Source: Eledone cirrhosa (taxonomy: Eukaryota). From it: a DNA stretch of 64,000 bases. Within the stretch, counting starts at the first letter, position 1. Each line of letters starts with the position of its first letter. This document shows positions 53,826-64,000 of the stretch, piece by piece. Both the position numbers and the translations under genes were made by a program. The notes under the pieces are model-generated. The model ran no database searches. It was not told the origin of the DNA and saw nothing but the letters and a program-made list of their open reading frames with translations. The DNA is taken from NCBI GenBank assembly GCA_964016885.1, contig CAXHJY010000869.1, positions 1 through 64,000 on the forward strand, read 5' to 3'.

Positions 53826-54277
53826 GAGAATCCACCCCTTCCTCCATCCTATCCCCATGTCCCTCCCAGCCCCTTCTCACAACGTTAACCGGTATTTTAC
53901 CCTGTCCCCTATTTTTAAAGCCAAGTTTTTAACAGGGTTGATGGTATAAATAATTTATCTGCTCGACTGAATATGAGGGACGGGACTCGGTAGAGAATTA
54001 ACTGGCTGTCTCCCTCTCTCACTCTCTCGCTCTCCCCCTCCCCCCTCTCTCTTCTCTATCCCTCTTTTCACTCTTTCTCTCTCGCTCCCCCTCTCTCACT
54101 GGTACATGTCAGATGGATATATATATATAAATATATACACACAGACACATGGATATATTTGTATATATATAAGTAGAAGTGGTATTTAATTTGTTGGAAG
54201 TCCAACAACCATAAATGTTTATAACTGGTTTAGAGCACTCAACAGCTATTGGAGTAAATATTCAATGGTATTAAATT

Positions 54278-56272
<1,995 letters not shown>

Positions 56273-56537
56273 TGTTATTGAAATGATGGGTAAATATTCT
56301 ATGGCTGTAGATCGCAAATAAATGGCTATCGTTTATTTATCTATTATTTCTTCTTAGATGCTTTTTAATCTTATAGCTTGGTTTTTTTTGTTGTTGATTA
56401 TGCTAATTGTGAGAGGAAATGGAATATATATCTTATCAAATGATTCTAAGGACATAACTTATAGTATATATATATATATATATAGATACTATAAGAATGT
56501 ATACGTACATACATATATGTATACAGACATACATGCG

Positions 56538-56603
<66 letters not shown>

Positions 56604-56982
56604 GGTTTACCGAACATTTATTATAATGCTCGGTTTGTTTGTAAACAAACAGCCCGAGTTAAGCCGTACAGTGTTCAGCAAAAGAATGATGAACTAGTTT
56701 CTAGCTTATTAGCTGTCATCAGTATCGTATACCTTCCTGTCAGTCGACTGAACGTTTGAAAGTATATACTTTCCTCATGCATATTAACGGCTGAGCAGCC
56801 TAATTTGCATATCGAGTGAATTAGTCAGCCGGGCGTACCGAGAACGATAAATGGATAAATGAAATTTCATTTCTCACTCTTAGTACGGCTGATACTTAAA
56901 TATAAGTATGTATACGTACATACATATATGTATACAGACGTACAGTAGTATGTATATATATATACATACATGCACACACATG

Positions 56983-57690
56983 TAGGCGGGAAGCTGCTGG
57001 AATTAGTTGAGGACTTCGTGTATTTGGGAACAAAGATTGGGAATACGGAAGACGATGTGGTTGAGAGTAAGAATAAAGCCTGGGCGGCGTGACACAGTTT
57101 GAGATCGGTGTGGAAGTCGGACCTTTGTAAAGACCTGAAAATCCGCCTCTTCATTGTTGTAGTGGAGTCTGTGTTGCTGTACGTGTCTGAGACTTGGACA
57201 CTGACGAAGAAACTCACTCAGATGGTGGATGGGTGCTACACGAGAATGCTGAGGAGGGCTCTGAACATTAATCAGTATACACTGAGGATGAAAAACTCAG
57301 AGCTGTACGGGAGCCTCCCAAAAGTCCGCTCAAAAGTGACACAGAGGAGACTGAGCTTAGCTGGACATGCTCACCGACATCCAGAGTTGACATTGCACTC
57401 AGTGCTCCTGTGAGAGCCCCTACATGGACACACTGGAAGAGGGAGACTGAGGTTAGCTGGACATGCTCATCAACATCAAGAGTTGATACTGCACTCAGTG
57501 CTCCTGTGAGAGCCCCTACACGGACACACTGGAAGAGGAAGACCAAGGTTAACGTATGTTGATGCCCTAAGGACAGACACTGGTCTGTTGGAGACGCACG
57601 ACATGGCAGCGATAATGAGGGACAGAGACCGCTGGAGAGAACTCGTACAGGGATCTCGGGATTTTACCCGCCCTAGATAGATAGATATAT
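56983..57690 (+). mobile_element. RTE-clade LINE RT C-terminal fragment (pseudogenised)
   Basis: LELVEDFVYLG..LKIRLF..VESVLLYVSETWTLTK..DGCYTRMLR..LAGHAHRHPE; stops, ~95-bp duplication, (TAGA)n tail. Confidence 0.9.
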
Positions 57691-57764
57691 GTGTGTGTAT
57701 ATACACAGACAGATAGATAGATAGAGAGAGAGAGTTAGATTGATTTCTTTAGCAGTATAGATGA

Positions 57765-59000
57765 ATTTCTTTATTAGCCACAAGGGCACAAAAGTAGGGG
57801 ACAAATACAAATGGGAAGTTTATATACAGGTATATGAAAATAAAACTATTAATACAATAACAAATAACAATTGAAATCCCCAATAGGGGGGAGGCGTTAC
57901 ACAGGGGTTGTACACACCCAGTAAAAATGTACAACCCTCATCTCCAGTATCACCAAGAGTGAGTACTCCCTTCCTCTCTTCCTCTTTTTCCTCAACCTAC
58001 AGGCTTATATAGAGAGAAGCCCAACCACTCGGGCCATCTTTCCCACATTCACCCACCTTTTCTAAAATTTAGCAGTATAGATAGGTAGATACGTAGATAC
58101 GTAGATAGATATGTTTCTTTATTAGCCACAGGGGCACAAAAGAAGGGGACAAATACAAAGGGGGAAATGTACATACAATAAAAACGTGTAAAATATTATC
58201 ACAAATGCAATTTAAAAATTAATCGATTTTCTCCAATAGGGGGAGACAGTTCATATGGGTTACACATACTCCCGAAAAAATGTGCAACCCTCATCTCCAG
58301 GAGTACGAAGAGTTTGTACCCCTTTCCTCTCTTCCTGTGGTTCCTCAACCTACAGGCTGATATAGAGAGAAGGCCCATTCACTCGGGCCATTCTCGCCAC
58401 TTTCACCCAACTTTCATAAAACTTGCTGGGGTACAGCACCTCTCTCTCCATCCTGATTCTTCTTCCAAAGTGGTATTTGAAAAAAAGAATCAGTTGTTGG
58501 CCGGAGAGAAAGGTGTCTGACCTCAGCTTTTTTAACCTCGTCCACCATACAACCTCTTTCGCCATAGCTATCACACAAAGGAAAACCGCCTCTCCTTCGT
58601 TTTTGAAGGAGGGTGGCGGTTTGATCATGACAATGGTCTCGGTGGTCAACCGGATTGGTCCCACCCGCGACAATAGTCGTTCCACATAGCCCCACAGGTC
58701 GCTGACGTCCGGGCAGTGTATGAATGCGTGCGCGACGGTTTCTTCGTCTCGCACGCACCTCGGACAGATCTTTTTTGCAGGGTCCCTGCCCGGGCGCCCA
58801 TGTCTGTAGAGCTTGTCTCGAACTGGTAGAGCTCCTCGGTAGCACTGCCAGGCCAGGGACTTTTGGAAGTTGTCCATCGGTCCCGGGCGATAAATGGAGG
58901 TATAGATAGAGAGATAGGTAGATAGATAATTATATCTTTCTATAGATATATTTCTTTATTTGCCACAAGGGCGCACAAGAAAAGGGGACAAAACAAGGAC
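57765..59000 (-). mobile_element. Tx1/L1-clade LINE 3' ends (ORF2 zf-RVT fragment 58350-58890 plus two extra 3'UTR copies)
   Basis: AWQCYRGALPVRDKL..CPRCVRDEETVAHAFIHC..AKEVVWWTR; repeated TTTCTTTTATT(A/T)GCCAC. Confidence 0.88.
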
Positions 59001-59219
59001 ACATGCCGGGGATTTTACAGATAGTTAGGTGAGATTTCGTGAGGAGAAAGACGGAGATTATTAGTGTGTAACTGTGAGTAGGTGACTGTGTGTGTGTGTG
59101 TGTAGCTGTGTGTGTGTGTGTGTGTAGCTGCGCGCGTGTGTGTGTGTGTGTGTGTGTGTAGCTGTGTATGTATGCGTGTGTGTGTGTGTTTGTTTGAGAA
59201 TATCAGCCTATATTGAAAT

Positions 59220-60230
59220 GTGTCAAGATAGAGAAATAAAAGAGAGAATGAGAAATATAGAGGGAGTGTGATAGATAGATAGATAAATAGAGAGAGAGGG
59301 AGAGACAGAGTGTGAAAGATATATAGAGAGAGTGTGAAAGAAAGCGAGAGAATGAGAGATATAGAGAGAGTGTGAAAGATAGACATAGAGAGAGAGAGGG
59401 GGAGAGACAGAGTGTGAAAGATAGAGAGAGAGAGAATGAGAGATATAGAGAGAGTGTGAAAGATAGATAGATAGATAGAGACAGGGAAGGAGAGAGAGAG
59501 ACAGAGAGTGTGAAAGATAGAGAGAGAGAAAGAGAGAGATGAGATATATATATATAGAGAGAGAGAGAGAGAATGAGCGGGAGATAGAGAGAGACAGACA
59601 GAGTGAGGTGAGAGGAAGAGACTGAGAATGAGGGATATATAGATTGTGAAAGATAGAGAGGGGTAGGGAGAGAGAGAGAGGGAGGTGAGACCGGGGGGGG
59701 GGTGTAGGGTTGGAAACAGGGTGAACCCGTGAACCCGGTTAGTTGGACTGCTTGTTAATTTAATATGAATAGGGGCTAGTGGTGGTGTTGGTGGGAGGTG
59801 GGGGTGATGCTTGGGGGTCGTTGGGGGTGTTGTGTTGTGGTGGTGGTGTTAGGGGGTCGTGGTGGTGGTGTTTGGTGTTCGTGTTGGGGGGAGGTTCGTT
59901 GTGCTGGTGGTGTTTGGGGGTCGTGATAGTGGTGGTGATGGTGTTTGGGGGTCGTGATGGTGGTGGTGGTGGTGTTTGGGGGTCGTGATGGTGGTGGTGG
60001 TGGTGTTTGGGGGTCGTGGTGGTGGTGGTGTTTGGGAGGTCGTGATGGTGGTGGTGTTGTTAGGGGGCCGTGATAGTGGGGGGGTGGGGGAGTGTCGGTA
60101 TGTTGTTGGTGGAGGTGGTGGTGTTGGTGGTGGCGGAGGTGTTGGTGGTGGTTGTGGGGTTAGTGATCAGGTGGTGTGAGTGGTGGCTGTGTTAGTGGTG
60201 TTGGTGGTGGTGGTGGTGTCTGCGGTAGAA
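59220..60230. repeat. (GA)n-rich and (GGT)n-rich low complexity
   Basis: Direct. Confidence 0.85.
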
Positions 60231-60790
60231 TTAGGGTAGAGGTAGTAGGGTGGGTGGGGGAGAGTAGTGATAGTACAGGGTGAGGAGGTGTGGGCGGAGG
60301 CTATGATTGGAATAGAATTAGGGTAAAATGAGGGAAGCTAGGGGCCTAGGTAGGTGTGTGGGGGAGGTGGGTAGTGTTATCGGGGAGGGAGGTGTGGTGG
60401 GGTGGATATCGGCATAAAATTAGGACACATAAACACACGTACACCAACACACACATACACTTGCACACGCATACGTACACACATACACAAACGCCCACAC
60501 ACATACCCTCACCCACCAACGCACACATGCACGCACAGAAACACACACACACACACATGGACGCACATAAATACACACCCACGCACACGTATACACACGC
60601 ACTCACACACCTACACATAAACGCACACACACGTTCACACAGACACACACACAACAGTGCGCATGTCAGTCACATGGTTCAGGGTTCATGCTCACCCCGT
60701 GGGCCCTTAGTCACGTGATTACTACTGAAGAACTGCAGAAGCCTAACACACACACACGTATATATGTATATATACACACACTCACACGCG

Positions 60791-60823
<33 letters not shown>

Positions 60824-61521
60824 GTATACATGTATACACACACACAAGCGTATACATGTACATACATACACACACATGCACACACCTATACATGTACATA
60901 CAGACACACGTATATATGTACATACACACACACACGCATACATGGACATGCACACACACACACATATACACTCAGACACACACACCTATACATGTATATA
61001 CACACACACACACGTATACATGTCCATACATACACACATACACACACGTATACATGTAGATACATACACTCACATGCACACACGTATACATGTACATACA
61101 CACACATATATATATATATACCCACACACACGTATACATGTATATATACATACACACACGTATACATGTACATACACACACCTATACATGTACATACACA
61201 TACACACACATGTATATTTCACATATATGTGTGTTTGGACAATACAAACAGAAGCCAGGTGTAGGTAGAGAGTTGATTGTTTTACGATCGTTCCAGAGGG
61301 CTGATTGATCCATGGAGATCGATATAACGACTAGCATGGTAGAGGTTAAGTTACTACCTATTTCTACGTATAGGTTTCAAGGTCCAGTTATGGCTACCAT
61401 TGCATAATGGGGGAAGGAAGGGTTCTAAAACTGCCTCTCCCTTCAGGTACAAGAACATCCTGCATTCTCACACACTCACACACACATATATATATATTTA
61501 ATATAGAAATGGCTTCTACAG

Positions 61522-61561
61522 GGCTAGAACTGTTTCATTCGCGAGAATTCATCAGGAAGCC
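61522..61561 (-). ncRNA. Minimal hammerhead-like motif (diverged paralogue at ~44792-44830)
   Basis: Minus strand GGCTtc-CTGATGA-ATTC-tcgc-GAAT-GAAACAGTT-ctAGCC. Confidence 0.6.
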
Positions 61562-62268
61562 GACTGTCCAAGTAATATGGTGGTATTTATACCTTTTCTA
61601 GTGGTAGGAGAGGGAGGTGATTGGGATGGGTTGAGGTCATTGGTTGGTGGGTTTAAAGAAAGGGGATTCTTTAAAAATTATATTTAGAGAACGAAAGCAG
61701 AAAGATTTCAAGCTTAGTGTCTGTAGAGGGTTCAGAATGACGGTGGGACCACTCCTGATTTATAAGGTTCAGTTAAAGGGAAACCGCTATCGATCTTTCA
61801 TGTATGTTTACCAATATATCTATCTTAGGATAAAAAGAACAACCAACCAACCTTGTACCCTACGTGAAGTAGGAAAATACGTACACACAACACACGCACA
61901 TACGTATGCACATATATACGTACTTGCACACACACACACATACACACCCACACACATACTCACATACCAGACATATCAGTACATCCATACATATATACAC
62001 ACATACATTCATACACACATAATACATACATACATACATACATACATACATACACGCATAAATGCATAAACGCTTAAATGCAACATGCATACGCACACTC
62101 ATGCATACATATATACATGCATATATATATACATATACATACATATATACATATATGCATATACACATATATATACATACTCACATGGATACATACATGG
62201 CTACATACATGCATACATACACATACATACGTACGTACATGTATACATACATGTGTATATACCTACAT

Positions 62269-62338
<70 letters not shown>

Positions 62339-62501
62339 TTACATATATACAATGAAGAAAGAGAAAACATGAGGAAGTTATCGATTTAAATGAATAACCG
62401 AACATTGAAGGATATTATTTAGCATAAACCCTGTCATTTTTGCCCTGTACTATGCTACAATATGTATTTATGTGTGTGTGGGTATGAACATTATCAGTAT
62501 A

Positions 62502-62735
<234 letters not shown>

Positions 62736-63074
62736 TATATATAATTTATTTTTCTGTTAAGTTGACCTCGGTGGGATTTCATGATAAGCATTTCTTTGCC
62801 CTTTTTTTTTTTTGTTCGACACACCTATCAACATTGACAGTTCAGAACCCTTATTCATCAATATAAAAATCGTGTCTCAGGGACCATTTTTTTTTGCACA
62901 TGCGCAATGCCGACAACGAACGTGAAACGAAACCGGAGCGCATGCAAAGTTTTCTTTACTATATAACTGATGTCGCTAGCAACCACACACACGCATACAG
63001 ATATACTTATTATAAGCATATACTTACTTATGAACATACATACACATATATACACATACACATACGCATCTATG

Positions 63075-63121
<47 letters not shown>

Positions 63122-63282
63122 ATATACGCACAGGCGCACACACAGACACACCCGTTTACACCGTTGACTGATTACAAGCCCGCATATACACGCGTGTGTG
63201 TGTGTATGCATGTATCTTATCTATATATCTATATGTATGTGTGTATGCTTATGTTACATACACACACACACAAAGATGTACG

Positions 63283-63340
<58 letters not shown>

Positions 63341-63361
63341 TCGCATATCGATCTAAACTCT

Positions 63362-63409
<48 letters not shown>

Positions 63410-63413
<4 letters not shown>

Positions 63414-63455
63414 AACGAGTAGGACCCCGACGGCTGAGCTCAAGCCTTTCCTCCG

Positions 63456-63458
<3 letters not shown>
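63410..63458 (+). mobile_element. (TA)n-embedded palindromic element, copy 6 (termini only)
   Basis: TAGGAACGAGTAGGACCCCGACGGCTGAGCTCAAGCC-TTTCCTCCGTTA. Confidence 0.85.
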
Positions 63459-63520
<62 letters not shown>

Positions 63521-63638
63521 GGTTTTAGACTCGAGGGCGGCCGACTGAGGTAGAAGCTGCTAAATCGTCGGTCGTTCTCTTGTCGATGATATTCAGCCCC
63601 ATGGATTTTATCTGTTATATTCCTTTGTTATATTTTGA

Positions 63639-63696
63639 ATACCTGATGATGTCACCGGATTCATAATGAACCCGGTCATTGAAATGATCATAGTAT
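63639..63696 (+). ncRNA. Type I hammerhead ribozyme, canonical core
   Basis: ATAC-CTGATGA-TG-tc-ACCGGATTCA-taa-TGAACCCGGT-CA-tt-GAAA-TGATCA-TA-GTAT. Confidence 0.8.
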
Positions 63697-63744
63697 AATA
63701 AACCTTTCAAGGATTTACACCAGTCCAGCCGCCTTTTATTTATA

Positions 63745-63792
<48 letters not shown>

Positions 63793-63981
63793 AACGATCG
63801 ACTTTCGTCAAATCGGACCGAGGAAACAATGTTTCCATTGGTCTTTCCAATTGCTAATACTATCTATCGGTTGCAACTCCAGGTAGAAGGAGCAACGTGA
63901 AATAAAGTGTCTTGCTCAAGGACATAACGCATCGCCTGGTCTGGGAATCGAACTCAAAACCACTCTGCGACACGCCTTCAG
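63793..63981 (-). mobile_element. CORE-like SINE
   Basis: Reverse complement of 36808-37022. Confidence 0.85.
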
Positions 63982-64000
63982 TATATATACACACACATAT

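Noticed and set aside
53390-53932. Proline-rich ORF
   Set aside because: Starts in a SINE tail and runs through (CCA)n repeats.
56801-56812. Octamer ATTTGCAT enhancer
   Set aside because: An 8-mer expected by chance in AT-rich 64 kb.

Overview
This is eukaryotic, repeat-dominated DNA. The tRNA-derived SINE families and the extreme (TA)n/(CA)n load look like an octopus genome; this is recognition from memory, not a database result. No intact protein-coding gene is visible, and nearly all ORFs in the track are microsatellite or satellite artefacts. The real content is two SINE families, RTE and Tx1/L1 LINE 3' fragments, a Penelope-like GIY-YIG relic, a Helitron, two hAT MITEs hosting satellites, and several TE-derived tandem arrays. 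The main result is a set of about a dozen hammerhead-ribozyme (HHR) motifs. One group is a ~315-nt retrozyme-like repeat (3 copies) with a long-armed type I HHR carrying the compensated U3-A8 core (UUGAUAA) and covarying helices. The other group is several Penelope-type minimal HHRs with palindromic helix III and compensatory changes in helix I. There are also fold-back palindromes: one is centred on a predicted HHR cleavage site, and a 6-copy (TA)n-associated family has two arms that vary together. All structures were folded by eye, and boundaries are approximate unless stated.
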